Positions 9,382 through 19,946 of a stretch of DNA of 64,000 bases are shown here, one piece after another. Numbering within the stretch: the stretch's first letter is position 1; each line of letters starts with the position of its first letter. The notes under the pieces were generated by a model that saw nothing but the letters and a program-made list of their open reading frames with translations, searched no databases and had not been told where the DNA came from. Origin of the DNA: an uncultured bacterium (GTDB taxonomy: Bacteria > Eisenbacteria > RBG-16-71-46 > CAIMUX01); the NCBI GenBank assembly GCA_964631125.1, contig CAZVYN010000002.1, positions 1,309 through 65,308 of the forward strand, written 5' to 3'. A program made the position numbers and the translations under genes.

Positions 9382-11826
9382 TCAAAGGCGCGCGCTCCGG
9401 CGGAGTTCGTCTCCGCGGATGGCGTCGAGATCCAGATTCGCAACGTCGGCCAAGCGTTGCACCGTCTCACTCGTCGGCTCGTTCTCGGGCAGTTCGAGCC
9501 CGAGGTCATAGGCCCGTTCTTCGATTCGCGTGCGATGGATGGGGATTCCCAGCACGCCGGCTTCGTTCCACGACGAGAGCGCTTCCGCCAAGAGGAGGTC
9601 GCGTTCCTCACGAGGCGCGACCGCCGCGGCGACGATGCCTCGCTCGATCCGCGTCGCCAGATGACGACCGACTCCCTCCCACGGCAGCCGGAGCCGCCGC
9701 CTTCGTCCGCGCCGCGCCAGCCGCCGCGCGCGACGCCACCACTCTTCCGGAATCGCCGTGAATGTCTCGGGCTCTCTCGCCAAGACTTCCGCCAACGCCT
9801 CCACTTCCCAACCTCGAATCGTCTGCTCGATGGCGCGTGCGAGCGGCGAACGCCCCGCCGGCAACTCCGGCCAGGCGGAATCCTCCACCTGGTGCATTCG
9901 CTCCAACCAATCGCGCGCCGCCACGAGTTGCTGCGCGCGCAGGCGCCGTCCCAACTCGCGGCGAAGATCGGAGGGCAACGCCTCGAGCACCTGCCGAAGC
10001 GAGTAGGTCAGCTCGATCTCGTCGGCGTGCAGGACGATCTCCCGCCCGCCTTCACCCCGCTGCAGCCGCCAGGTCGCTTCCCAGTGCGATTCGCTCGCCA
10101 GATCGGTCAGGGCGAGCCTCCCGCTGGCGCGCTCACCGTCGCGGTGCGTCTCGCCTGCGATGGCATACCCGTGCACCACTCTCGGCAGCGTGCGTGCGAG
10201 GAACGCCGCCTCGACCGCCGCCTGCGCCGCCACGTGCGGGGCCGTCAGTCGTCGACGGACCACGCTCTGATAGATCTTCTCGCCGTCGCGCCACCGCGGG
10301 ACGTTCGAGCGCGCTTCCCGCAGATGCTCGAGCAACATCGGCTCGAGCGCCGATCGAGTGTAGGGCTGCGCCAGCTCGCACGCTCGCGCGGCGTACGCGA
10401 GATTCTGGCGAACTTCCAGGCCGGAGACATCCGAGAAAAACCAGGCGCAGCTCGTGTTCATGAGCATGGCGTGATGCGTCGCCTCGAGCAGCGACCAGAC
10501 CCTCCTCCGCTCGGCCGGCTGCAAGGGGCGCGCCGCGTGCCGCTCCAGGAACGCGCCGCGCGCCGCGGTCGCCTTCGCTTCAGCCGCGGCGTCATGCTCG
10601 TTTCGCGGCGCGAGGAGCACCTCGATGTAGCCGTCGCGCGCCGCCCAGGGATCCCGCAGCAACTCGGCGCACTCCGCTTCGAATGTCCGCTGGATCTCGT
10701 CGCGGATGGTGTCCAACCCTACGCGCAGCGGCGTCCGCCAGGCCTGGCTCCAGCCCGGCTCCGAGGTGGTGGTGCATCCGCAGTGACGGACCCAGCGCCC
10801 GACGCCGTGCGCGCACGACCAGGCGGTGCCTTCACCGTCGCCGTAGTTGAGCTCCACCTCGCGGACCGGCGGATGCTCGGCCAGCTCCTCGCCGTAATTG
10901 GTGAGCTTCAGCCGGCGGCTCGGCGCTTCGCGCGTCGCGAAGTAGGCCAGGCACATGTCGCCGTACCGCTCGTGGTGTCCGTAGATCTCGCCATCGGTCG
11001 CCAGATGGACGAGGCCGCCGCGCACCTGCCGTCCCGCTTGTTGCAGCCGCCCGGCCAAATCCTCGGCGCTGCGCAGCAGATGGTTGAACGAGACCGCCAC
11101 CGAGAGAGACCCGTCATAGAAGAAGACATCGACATGTGGTCGATCGGGGCCGCCCCGATCGACTCCACCCTCGTCTCTTCCGGACTGCCCAGCGTCCTCC
11201 GGCAAGTAGCACCGATACGCAAACCCCGTCTCCACCGGATGCTGCGGCTGCACCTCGCGCCAATCCGCATCCCCCGACCGACGCACCCGCTTCGCCTGAT
11301 GCGGCGCCAGCACGATGAACCGGACCCCTTCCTCGATCAGCGCACGCAACGTGGCCGCGTCGATCGCGGTCTCCGGCAGCCAGAGCCCCTCGCTCTTCCG
11401 CCCGAACCGCGCCTCGAAGTCGCGCAGGCCCCATCGGATCTGCGTGCGCCGGTCGCGCTCGCTCGTCAGCGGCAGGATGGTGTGGTTGTACGACTGGGCG
11501 AAGGCGTTGCCGTGTCCCCCGTGCGCATCGACGCTGCGGCGATCGGCCTCCAGGATGCGGTCGTAGACCGTCGGCGCCCGATGCGCCAGATCGCGGAGCA
11601 AGGTCGGTCCGAAGTCGAACGAGAGATGCTCGTAGCCATTCACGATCGCGGCGATTCGTCCTTGGGCGCCGAGGACGCGGCTCCACCCGTTCGCGCGGTA
11701 ACACTCGTCGGTGATCCGCTCATTCCAATCGTGATACGGACGAGCGCCTCTCTGGCGCGGGATCTCTCCCGTCCAAGGGTTCTCTCGAGGCGGCTGGTAG
11801 AAGTGTCCGTGGAGGACGACGCGCAT
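9382..11826 (-). CDS. Glycoside hydrolase family 57 protein with C-terminal DUF3536-like extension (alpha-amylase/glucanotransferase type)
   Basis: The N-terminus MRVVLHGHFYQPPRENPWTGEIPRQ is a GH57 signature. Length is 814 aa. It is the first gene of a four-gene minus-strand operon. Confidence 0.85.
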   Translation of the reverse strand: MRVVLHGHFYQPPRENPWTGEIPRQRGARPYHDWNERITDECYRANGWSRVLGAQGRIAAIVNGYEHLSFDFGPTLLRDLAHRAPTVYDRILEADRRSVDAHGGHGNAFAQSYNHTILPLTSERDRRTQIRWGLRDFEARFGRKSEGLWLPETAIDAATLRALIEEGVRFIVLAPHQAKRVRRSGDADWREVQPQHPVETGFAYRCYLPEDAGQSGRDEGGVDRGGPDRPHVDVFFYDGSLSVAVSFNHLLRSAEDLAGRLQQAGRQVRGGLVHLATDGEIYGHHERYGDMCLAYFATREAPSRRLKLTNYGEELAEHPPVREVELNYGDGEGTAWSCAHGVGRWVRHCGCTTTSEPGWSQAWRTPLRVGLDTIRDEIQRTFEAECAELLRDPWAARDGYIEVLLAPRNEHDAAAEAKATAARGAFLERHAARPLQPAERRRVWSLLEATHHAMLMNTSCAWFFSDVSGLEVRQNLAYAARACELAQPYTRSALEPMLLEHLREARSNVPRWRDGEKIYQSVVRRRLTAPHVAAQAAVEAAFLARTLPRVVHGYAIAGETHRDGERASGRLALTDLASESHWEATWRLQRGEGGREIVLHADEIELTYSLRQVLEALPSDLRRELGRRLRAQQLVAARDWLERMHQVEDSAWPELPAGRSPLARAIEQTIRGWEVEALAEVLAREPETFTAIPEEWWRRARRLARRGRRRRLRLPWEGVGRHLATRIERGIVAAAVAPREERDLLLAEALSSWNEAGVLGIPIHRTRIEERAYDLGLELPENEPTSETVQRLADVANLDLDAIRGDELRRSARL

Positions 11827-12163
11827 CGCGTGGTCTCGTGTATGAGCCGCTCTCCCTCTTCCATGGGGACTGTCGCGGCAGTCGAACGAACTGGATCCGG
11901 GCTTGTGTCTTTCGCAGTCGTTGCTGTTGGCGCCGCAGCGCGCGTCATCGGCGGGTTCAGGGCGTCTGCGGCGCGATCCGCGCCCGCGCGACCCTGCAGG
12001 TCGTGCGCCCTATCTCATCAACCGTCGAGCTCCGGACACGCTTCTGTTCGGCAGGAGACGCCGTACTCAGAACGGCCTCGACACGGATTCAAGCACGCTT
12101 TCGAAGCGGGCGTCAACCGTCCGCTCCCAGCATCGTTGACACCCTGGCGGCGACGCACGGAGA

Positions 12164-13555
12164 ATGCCGCCCATGGGATTCGGGCCACCCGCCGTTCGCA
12201 CACTCCTATCTCTCGGTGTTCTCGCCTCGCTCGGTCTAGCCGTTCACGGCTGCCAGTCCGACGGCGGCACTCGCCCCGGGCTCCGCTTTACCTGCACCGT
12301 CCAGCCGACCGAGGGGAACACGTCGACCGAGTTCCTCTTCCAGACGCAGGGAATCGGCGCCGACGACCCTGAATCACTGGTCGAGATGCGCTGGGATTGG
12401 GAAGGCGACGGCGTCTGGGACACCGAGTTCGGTCCCGCGAAAGACGCTCGCCACGCCTACACCTCCACCGGGACCGAGACCGTCACGGTCGAGGCGCGCG
12501 TGATCGGCGGCCTCACCGGGCGGGCGTCCGCACAGGTCACGGTCACCCAGGCCGGCTGGTGGGATGGCTTCAACGCGCCGCCGCTGGGCAAGGGGATGGA
12601 CGGGATCGTCTTCGCCTTCACCGAGTTCAACGAGGAACTCGTGGCGGCCGGCGCGTTCACCCAAGCGGGCGGCGTCGCCGCCGCGGGCATCGCGCAATGG
12701 GACGGGCAGGCCTGGCGCGCGCTCGGCTCCGGGATGGACGACATCGTCCTCTGTCTCACCCAGTTCGAAGGACAGCTCATCGCCGGAGGCGAGTTCACGC
12801 GCGCCGGCGGCGCGACCGCCTCCAAGATCGCGCGCTGGGACGGGAATGTCTGGCAGCCGATGGGCCAGGGGTTCGATGACCCGGTCTGGTCCTTCACCGT
12901 ATTCAACGGCGCGCTCATCGCCGGCGGCCCCTTCCGCAACTCGGGGAGCGAGCAGGTCAACGGCGTCGCGAGGTGGGACGGCTCGCAGTGGCGTTCGCTC
13001 GGCGCCGATTTCGACAACGACGTCTATGCGGTGCAAGCCTTCAACGGATCGCTCTACGTCGGCGGCCTCCTCTACGGGCCGCCGCGTCCGCTCGGCGAAC
13101 GCAGCCTCGCGCGCTACGACGGCACGCAGTGGCATTCGGTGCCCCCGGGCGTGAACAACACCGTGACCGCGCTCACCGTCCACGACGGCGCACTGATCTT
13201 GGGCGGCTTCTTCACCATGCTCACCACCGAAGAGACGGTGAATCGCATTGCGCGCTACGACGGGACGATCTACTCGCCGCTCGGCGAAGGAATGCCGCGC
13301 GAGATCAACGCCCTCGGCGTCTTCGGCGGAGACCTCGTGGCGATCGGGCCGTTCACTTCGGCCGGCGCCACCCCCGTCAACCACATCGCGCGCTGGCGCA
13401 ACGGACAGTGGTCGGCCTTCGGCCAAGGCTTCGGCGGCATCACCGACGTGAATCCCTGGTGGATGCTCGAACACCAAGGACGCCTCTTCGTCGGAGGACG
13501 GTTCCTCACCGCGGGCGGTCAGCCCTCCAACTACATCGCGCGGTGGGAGGACTGA
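12164..13555 (+). CDS. Lipoprotein with a PKD-like domain and beta-propeller repeats
   Basis: Signal and lipobox are LGLAVHGC. A PKD-like segment EMRWDWEGDGVWDTEFG is present. Six or more repeats of the form IARWDGxxWxxLGxG...GGxF are visible. Confidence 0.8.
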   Translation: MPPMGFGPPAVRTLLSLGVLASLGLAVHGCQSDGGTRPGLRFTCTVQPTEGNTSTEFLFQTQGIGADDPESLVEMRWDWEGDGVWDTEFGPAKDARHAYTSTGTETVTVEARVIGGLTGRASAQVTVTQAGWWDGFNAPPLGKGMDGIVFAFTEFNEELVAAGAFTQAGGVAAAGIAQWDGQAWRALGSGMDDIVLCLTQFEGQLIAGGEFTRAGGATASKIARWDGNVWQPMGQGFDDPVWSFTVFNGALIAGGPFRNSGSEQVNGVARWDGSQWRSLGADFDNDVYAVQAFNGSLYVGGLLYGPPRPLGERSLARYDGTQWHSVPPGVNNTVTALTVHDGALILGGFFTMLTTEETVNRIARYDGTIYSPLGEGMPREINALGVFGGDLVAIGPFTSAGATPVNHIARWRNGQWSAFGQGFGGITDVNPWWMLEHQGRLFVGGRFLTAGGQPSNYIARWED

Positions 13556-14208
13556 TGGCGGGCCGGCGTGGGCGGTCGAGTTTCGGACTGTCGGTCTGCG
13601 CCGGCGCGGCGTTGCTGGCTTTCGCGCCTTGCGTCGCTTCGGCGGGGCAGGTCTCGCTTTCGGTCGGAGGCGGAGGCTTCTTTCCGTCGAACAGTTTGGT
13701 CAGCGAGCTACGGCCTGATGGGTTGGTTCGGTTGAAGTCAGCGTCGGGGGTTGCCGGGACGGTTCAATTGACTGGGTGGCTTGGGCGGCGCCTGGGCTTG
13801 GAGGCCCAGGCGCTATATATCTCCGCTCCGCTCGAGCTCGAGGCCGACATCGACGGCCAGGATCCGATCGCCTTCGAGGACGACGGGACGCATCTCGTGG
13901 GCGGACTCCATCTCCTCTTCGCATTCTATCGTCCCCCGCTCGAACCGACCGCGCTCTACGCCAGCGTCGGCGTGACGTTTGTGCAGCGCGGCGGACCGTT
14001 CTTCGACGAGCCGCCGCTCGACGAGGAGCCGACGTCGATCGGATGGGCGCTGGGACTGGGAGCGCGGCGCGGCATCGCGCGCGGACTCTACCTGCGGCTG
14101 GACGCGCGCGATTTCGTCACCAACTATGCCCCCAACGACGAGTACGGAGAACGGCAGCAACACGACCTGGTGGCCACCGTTGGACTCGAGTGGCTGCTGC
14201 GCCGCTAA
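13555..14208 (+). CDS. Outer-membrane beta-barrel protein (OmpW/porin-like)
   Basis: The ATG overlaps the previous stop (ATGA at 13553..13557). The signal peptide is LLAFAPCVASAGQ. The sequence shows alternating beta-strand patterning and an aromatic-rich C-terminus (GLEWLLRR). Confidence 0.65.
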   Translation: MAGRRGRSSFGLSVCAGAALLAFAPCVASAGQVSLSVGGGGFFPSNSLVSELRPDGLVRLKSASGVAGTVQLTGWLGRRLGLEAQALYISAPLELEADIDGQDPIAFEDDGTHLVGGLHLLFAFYRPPLEPTALYASVGVTFVQRGGPFFDEPPLDEEPTSIGWALGLGARRGIARGLYLRLDARDFVTNYAPNDEYGERQQHDLVATVGLEWLLRR

Positions 14209-14231
14209 CCGCGCCGCCCGGTAGGTCGCGT

Positions 14232-16289
14232 TCAGTCCCGCTTCGTTTCCTTCACGCGCCAGGTCTGGCCGTCGCGCACCATCGTGATCCTGAGATCGAA
14301 CGAACTGCTCTCACCGGTGGACGAGAGTGAAAAGGTGACGCGCCGCCTCGCCTCGACGGTGCCGTTCTCGTCGCGAAACGAAATCGTGCCGCTCGGCGCG
14401 ACGCGGATCTTCTCGGCGCGATCGAAGAGTCGAGTGAACACGCTGCGATCCTCGGCCGGCAGCGCGCCGCGGTAGAGGTCGCTCCCGAGCGCCATCAGGT
14501 CCTCCGCCGCCACGGCGCGATCGAAGCGCGCCAACAGCTCGTTCACCTGGTCGGTCGGATTGCTCGAGCCCTCGACGGTGACGGTGACCGAGGCGTCCGC
14601 CGCGGCGCCGTTCCCCTCGCGCACCTGCACGCGGGCGCGCTGGCGTCCGGTCGCGTCGTAGCGATGGGCGACGGTCGGTTCGGTCCCGAACTCGGTGTCC
14701 CAAACGCCGTCGCTCTCGAAGTCCCAGCGGTAGAGGAGCGCGGACGCCGAACCGAAGGCATCGGTGGAGCGCGAGGCGTCGAACGCGAATTCGGTCCCGC
14801 TCGGGCCGCTCGTCGGCCGCGCCGTTGCGAGAGCGCGCGGCCCCTCCGGCGTCGGCGGCGTCCCCGTCGTCCTGGTAGTTGTCACCGGCGCCGCATCCAA
14901 CACGCGCACCTGTCGCTGCGCGCTGTGGAGATTCCCCGCGGCGTCTCTCACCTGGACCGCGACGGTCCGCAATCCGATGGACGAGAACGAGTGCTGGTAG
15001 CTCGCGAGCTCCACCCAAGGCGTGTCCCAGTTCCCATCCCCCTCGAAGTCCCAACGAAAGCGCAGCTCGCTGGCCAGTCCATCCGGATCACGAGAGGCGC
15101 CCGCATCGAGCCGCGCGGTCGCGTCGATCTCCACGGTGGCGGGCGCATCGAGCGTGGCCACCGGCGCGAGTCCCTCCCTTTGACCGCCATCCCCTGGCGC
15201 GCGATCGGCCTGGGGATCGGCGACGGCCTCACGCGGCGTGGACGGCGTCCGCTCGATCGGCGTGTCGTCTTGCGTGAGCAGGAGCACGAGCAGGCTGAGC
15301 CCGAGCACACTCGCGCCGCCGGCCAGGGCGAGCAGCAAGCCGCGACGACGGGGTTGGACCGGCTTCCCCGACCGCGCGGCTGGGCTGGGACGGCGACGAG
15401 CGGCGGCGCTCGCGCCGGCCCCAGTGCCGGCATTCGCGTCGAGTCCCTCGAGCGCGGCGACGAACTCATCCATGGAGGCAAACCGATCCTCGGGCGACTT
15501 CGCCGCCGCCCGCAGCAGCGCATCGCAGAGCGCGCGTGGCGCATCGGGCCTGGCCTCGGCCGGGTCTGGCGGCGGTGTGTACCTGTGTTGGAAGAGCAGC
15601 TCCGCCGGATTCGGCGAGTCGAACGCGGGCCGCCCGGCCAGCATCTCGTAGCCGATCATCGCGAGGGCGTATTGGTCGCTCCGTCCATCGGCCGACGCGG
15701 CGCTCTCGGCCTGCTCCGGCGCCATGTACCGGGGCGAGCCGAAGTGGGAGAAGGTCTTCGTCAGTCCGGTCAGGCTGGAGTCGAGGATCTTGGCGATCCC
15801 GAAGTCGGTCAGCATCATCCGCCCACTGTGCGGATCGATCAGGATGTTCTCCGGCTTCACGTCCCGGTGGACGACCCCGGAACGGTGCGCGTGGGCGAGC
15901 GCCGATCCGATCTCTCGCAGCGCGCGGATCACGCTCTGGACCGGCAATTGCTTCGCTTCGGTCATCCGCATGCGGAGCGTCGGCCCGTCGACGAAGGCCA
16001 TCAGATAGAAACTGAGGCCGCCTTCGGTCAGAACGTCGAGGATCGGAACGATGTTGGGGTGGTCCAGGCGGCTCTGGGTCCGCGCCTCGCGGGCGAACCG
16101 CTCGAGCACCTCCGGCTCCTCGGCCAGATGCGGTTGCAGCACCTTGATGGCGATCGGGCGGTCCAGCGAGGTCTGTCGGGCAAGGAAGACGACCCCCATG
16201 CCGCCCCGGCCGAGCTCGCGGTCGATCTCGCAACGCCCCTCCAAGAGGCGCTGGAGGTGCTCCTTCAAGTCGCCAGAGGAGAGGTACAC
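14232..16289 (-). CDS. Ser/Thr protein kinase with transmembrane segment, two PKD-like domains and a C-terminal NTF2-like region
   Basis: Kinase motifs present: LGRGGMGVVFLA, AIKVL, HRDVKPENILI, DFGIAK, SPRYMAPE. Later segments RFRWDFEGDGNWD and LYRWDFESDGVWD are PKD-like. Confidence 0.9.
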   Translation of the reverse strand: MYLSSGDLKEHLQRLLEGRCEIDRELGRGGMGVVFLARQTSLDRPIAIKVLQPHLAEEPEVLERFAREARTQSRLDHPNIVPILDVLTEGGLSFYLMAFVDGPTLRMRMTEAKQLPVQSVIRALREIGSALAHAHRSGVVHRDVKPENILIDPHSGRMMLTDFGIAKILDSSLTGLTKTFSHFGSPRYMAPEQAESAASADGRSDQYALAMIGYEMLAGRPAFDSPNPAELLFQHRYTPPPDPAEARPDAPRALCDALLRAAAKSPEDRFASMDEFVAALEGLDANAGTGAGASAAARRRPSPAARSGKPVQPRRRGLLLALAGGASVLGLSLLVLLLTQDDTPIERTPSTPREAVADPQADRAPGDGGQREGLAPVATLDAPATVEIDATARLDAGASRDPDGLASELRFRWDFEGDGNWDTPWVELASYQHSFSSIGLRTVAVQVRDAAGNLHSAQRQVRVLDAAPVTTTRTTGTPPTPEGPRALATARPTSGPSGTEFAFDASRSTDAFGSASALLYRWDFESDGVWDTEFGTEPTVAHRYDATGRQRARVQVREGNGAAADASVTVTVEGSSNPTDQVNELLARFDRAVAAEDLMALGSDLYRGALPAEDRSVFTRLFDRAEKIRVAPSGTISFRDENGTVEARRRVTFSLSSTGESSSFDLRITMVRDGQTWRVKETKRD

Positions 16290-16524
16290 GGCTCGGGAGG
16301 GGACTCGACGTTCGGACAGAGGGGGAACACGGTAACCATGCGCGCCAGACTACGGTGCGTCCGGGGGACGGTCAAACGGCGGCGGCGGTGGGGCGGCGTC
16401 CGGGGGATCCAGACTGGGCTTGGCGGCGTCTCGGGTCGTATACTTGTCGCGCCCGATCGGGCCGACGGTTTCAGTCGCCGCCCGTCACAGCCGAAGCGCC
16501 AACAGCCGTAGAGGGGTATCACCC

Positions 16525-18039
16525 ATGTCTCATTTCGTGCGCCCAGTCGGTCCCTGCGCAGTCCTCCGCAGCTTCGCGCCCGCACTCGCGCTCGCACTCG
16601 CAGCGACGATCGGAGGGTCGAGCCAGGCGGACGCTCTCGGGACCACGCGAGTCGCCTCCGGCTTGAAGTATCCGGTCCATGTGGCGGCCCCGGGCGGCGA
16701 CACTCGACTCTTCATCGTCGAGCAGAACGGCGAGATCAAGCTCCTCAAGAACGGCGCGATCCTGCCGCTGCCGTTCCTCGACATGGACTTCTTGGTGCCG
16801 AACGTCTCGGGCGGCGACGAGCGCGGCCTGCTCAGCATGGCGTTCCATCCCAACTACGCATCCAATCGCTACTTCTATGTCTATTACGTGAATCAGTCGC
16901 AGCAAGGCGTGGTCGCGCGATTCCGGACGCTGGCGAACAACCCCGATCTGTGTGATGTGAACACTCGCTACGAGATCCTGCAGATTCCGCATGAATTCCC
17001 GAATCATTACGGCGGGTATGTGGCGTTCGGGCCTGACGGCTATCTGTACATCTCATCGGGCGACGGCGGGGGCGTCGGCGATCCGAGCAATCGCGCCCAG
17101 GATCTGACCGACTTCCGCGGTAAGATCCTCCGCATCGACATCGACGGCGGCGACCCCTACGCGATCCCGCCCACCAACCCTTTCGTCGGAGTGCCGGGCG
17201 CGGCCGAGGAGATCTTTGCCTACGGCCTGCGGAATCCCTGGCGCATCAGCTTCGACTCCGCCACCGGCGACATGTGGATCGGCGACGTTGGACAGGCGAC
17301 CAAGGAAGAGATCGACCGCATCCCGGCCGGGACGAGCGGTCAGAACTTCGGCTGGCGTTTGATGGAAGGGAGCGGTTGCTACAACCCGCCGATCAATTGC
17401 CCCACCGGCGGACTCACCTTTCCCGTCTGGGAATACGAGCACGGCGACAACGGATTCTCGGTCACCGGCGGCTTCGTCTATCGCGGTTTCCAGCATCCCG
17501 AGGTGTTCGGACACTACTTCTTTGCCGACTATGTCACCGCGCGGATCTGGAGTTTCAAGTATGTCGGCGGACAGGTCACGGAGTTGTTCGAGCGGACGGC
17601 CGAGTTGGATCCGCCGGGAGCGCTCGCGATCGGATTGATCTCTTCCTTCGGGCAAGGCCCCGACGGCGAGTTGTACATCATCGACCGGGACAGTTCGACG
17701 CAAGGCGAGGTGTACAAAATGGTGGAGTCGACCACCGATGCGCCCGGCTTCGATCCGCCCTCCTTGGTCTTCTTGGCGCCTTCGTACCCCAATCCGTTCC
17801 GGACCGATCTGCGCATTCCCGTCACTCTCATGCGCGAAGGCTCGCTCTCGCTCGACGTGCTCGATCTCTCGGGCCGCCGGATCCAGCGGGTCGCCACCGG
17901 CCAGTGGGCGCCGGGGACCCACCTGTTCGGCTGGGACGGGAAAGACGCCTCGGGCCAGCCGTCCGCGGCCGGCAGCTACGTCTTGCGGGTCTTGGTTGAT
18001 GGCCAGCAGCAGTCGCACTCGGTGCGACTGCTCCGCTAG
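16525..18039 (+). CDS. PQQ-dependent sugar dehydrogenase-like beta-propeller (sorbosone/aldose dehydrogenase family) with FlgD-Ig/T9SS-like C-terminal domain
   Basis: The internal ATG at 16525 gives the signal peptide FAPALALALAATIGGSSQADA. The motifs LFIVEQNGEIKLL and ERGLLSMAFHPNY are present. The C-terminus reads YPNPF...LDVLDLSGRRI...GSYVLRV. Confidence 0.8.
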   Translation: MSHFVRPVGPCAVLRSFAPALALALAATIGGSSQADALGTTRVASGLKYPVHVAAPGGDTRLFIVEQNGEIKLLKNGAILPLPFLDMDFLVPNVSGGDERGLLSMAFHPNYASNRYFYVYYVNQSQQGVVARFRTLANNPDLCDVNTRYEILQIPHEFPNHYGGYVAFGPDGYLYISSGDGGGVGDPSNRAQDLTDFRGKILRIDIDGGDPYAIPPTNPFVGVPGAAEEIFAYGLRNPWRISFDSATGDMWIGDVGQATKEEIDRIPAGTSGQNFGWRLMEGSGCYNPPINCPTGGLTFPVWEYEHGDNGFSVTGGFVYRGFQHPEVFGHYFFADYVTARIWSFKYVGGQVTELFERTAELDPPGALAIGLISSFGQGPDGELYIIDRDSSTQGEVYKMVESTTDAPGFDPPSLVFLAPSYPNPFRTDLRIPVTLMREGSLSLDVLDLSGRRIQRVATGQWAPGTHLFGWDGKDASGQPSAAGSYVLRVLVDGQQQSHSVRLLR

Positions 18040-18094
18040 TCCAACCGGGCGCCGGCCTTCCGGAACTGCACGATCTCAGCGAAAGGGGTCCGCC

Positions 18095-19891
18095 ATTCGC
18101 CGATCACACTCCGCGGCGGGGCTCCCGCTCGCCCTCGTTTCGGCGTCTCTCCTCGGCTTCGCCGGAGTCTCCTTTGCGCCAGCCGCGGCGCTCCCAATCG
18201 TGATGGACGGCGTCTTCGACGACTGGGGCGCGGCCGCGCCGTTGGCCGCCGATCCGAGCGGCGACGGCTCGTCCTTCGACTTCGGGCGGATCTGGGCCGC
18301 GGACGACGCGCGGTTCCTCTACCTGCGGATCGAGGTCGGGCCGGTCAGTAGTTTCGACGAGAACAACGCGCTGGTGCTCTATCTCGACACCGACGCGAAC
18401 GCCGCCACCGGCCTCGCGATCGGTGGACTCGGCGCGGAGTTGGAGTGGAAGCTCGGCGTGCGCAACGGCGTCTATCGCCGCGGCGCCTCGACTGCGACCG
18501 TCTACCACGACGACATCCGCTTCCGCGCCTTCCCCACCGTGACCGCGACCGAGTTCGAACTCTGCTTCGGCCGCGACACGCTCCCCAATGGAACCCAGCC
18601 GCTCTTCTTCGGCCCGACCGTCCGCTTCTTCCTGCGCGACACGGCGGCGGGCGGCGATCAGATCCCGAACGCGCCGCAGGTGTTGAGCTACACGATGGAT
18701 CAGGGCGCCGCGCCCACCACCACAGCCTTGGGATTCGCGCGTGAAGAGGCGACCGACCTCAGAGTCGCCACGCACAACGTGCTCGGCGATGGGCTCTGGG
18801 GCGGCGCCGAGCAGCCGCGCTTTCGGCGTCTCTACCAAGCCGCCGCGCCCGACATCTTCGCGCTGCAGGAGATCTACGACCACACCCCGGCGCAGACGCA
18901 GGCGCTCATCCAGACGTGGCTCCCGGGGACCTGGTACTCCGCCGACGTCAACGACTGCCAGACGATCTCTCGCTACCCGATCGAGGCGAGCTGGGCGATC
19001 GACAACAACCTCGCCTCGCTTCTCGACACGACCGTTCCGCTCGGTCGGAAGCTCCTCTTGGTCAATGCACATCTCCCTTGCTGCGCCAACGAGGCGCAGC
19101 GGCAGCAGGAGATCGATCGCATCCTCCGGTTCCTCCGCGACGCGATGCACGAGCCGGGCGGGGTGCTGGATGTCCCCGCGGGCACTGTGATCGCGGTGAC
19201 TGGCGATCTCAATCTCGTCGGCGAGGGAAAACAGCTCACGTCGCTCATCACCGGTGACGTCGTCGACGAGTCGACCTACGGCGCCGACTTCGCGCCCGAC
19301 TGGGACGGCACGGCGATGACCGATCTGATCTCGCGCCAAACCGAGAAGCGCACCAGTTACACCTGGCGCAGCGATGCCAGCTCCTTCTGGCCGGGAAGGC
19401 TCGACTTCCTGATCTACGCCGACTCGGTGCTGGAGACGGGCAATCACTTCTTGGTCTTCACGGAGGAGATGTCAGCCGCGGCGCTGACGGCGAACGGGCT
19501 GCAACTGAACGACTCGGACGCGAGCGACCATCTGTTGCAGGTGCGTGATCTTCGGCCGCGCGGCGCGGTCGAGGCTCCGACGCCCGATGCGGGGTCGCTT
19601 GAGTTTCGGGTCTTGCCGAACCCGCTGGTGAGTTCGGCTCGGTTGATGCTGAGCGCGCCGGTGCGCGGGCAGGTCGAACTCGAGCTGTTCGATGTGCGCG
19701 GCAGACGCGTGCTCGTCGAGACCCGCGAGTTGTTGGAGGCGACGAGTGAGATCGCTTTGGAACTCGGGTCGACGGCGGAGAGGCAGCCGGGGGTGTATTG
19801 GTTGCGGGTGACGAGTTCAGCGGGTGCAGTTGGCGCGGCGGCGAAGAGAACAGCGGGGACGGTGGCGGTGACGCTCTTGCCCCAGCGATAG
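18095..19891 (+). CDS. Endonuclease/exonuclease/phosphatase (EEP) family secreted protein with FlgD-Ig-like C-terminal domain; start codon unresolved
   Basis: EEP blocks present: RVATHNVLGD, DIFALQEI, LLLVNAHLPCC, AVTGDLNLV, SDHLLQV. A signal peptide AAGLPLALVSASLLGFAGVSFAPAAA is encoded. No ATG/GTG/TTG lies between 18040 and 18198. ATT at 18095 follows AAAGGGG. Confidence 0.75.
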   Translation: MRRSHSAAGLPLALVSASLLGFAGVSFAPAAALPIVMDGVFDDWGAAAPLAADPSGDGSSFDFGRIWAADDARFLYLRIEVGPVSSFDENNALVLYLDTDANAATGLAIGGLGAELEWKLGVRNGVYRRGASTATVYHDDIRFRAFPTVTATEFELCFGRDTLPNGTQPLFFGPTVRFFLRDTAAGGDQIPNAPQVLSYTMDQGAAPTTTALGFAREEATDLRVATHNVLGDGLWGGAEQPRFRRLYQAAAPDIFALQEIYDHTPAQTQALIQTWLPGTWYSADVNDCQTISRYPIEASWAIDNNLASLLDTTVPLGRKLLLVNAHLPCCANEAQRQQEIDRILRFLRDAMHEPGGVLDVPAGTVIAVTGDLNLVGEGKQLTSLITGDVVDESTYGADFAPDWDGTAMTDLISRQTEKRTSYTWRSDASSFWPGRLDFLIYADSVLETGNHFLVFTEEMSAAALTANGLQLNDSDASDHLLQVRDLRPRGAVEAPTPDAGSLEFRVLPNPLVSSARLMLSAPVRGQVELELFDVRGRRVLVETRELLEATSEIALELGSTAERQPGVYWLRVTSSAGAVGAAAKRTAGTVAVTLLPQR

Positions 19892-19946
19892 TGTGAAGGG
19901 GCGCGTCGGGTAGTAAGGAGTCGCGCGGCGTGCTCGCCGCACGACT

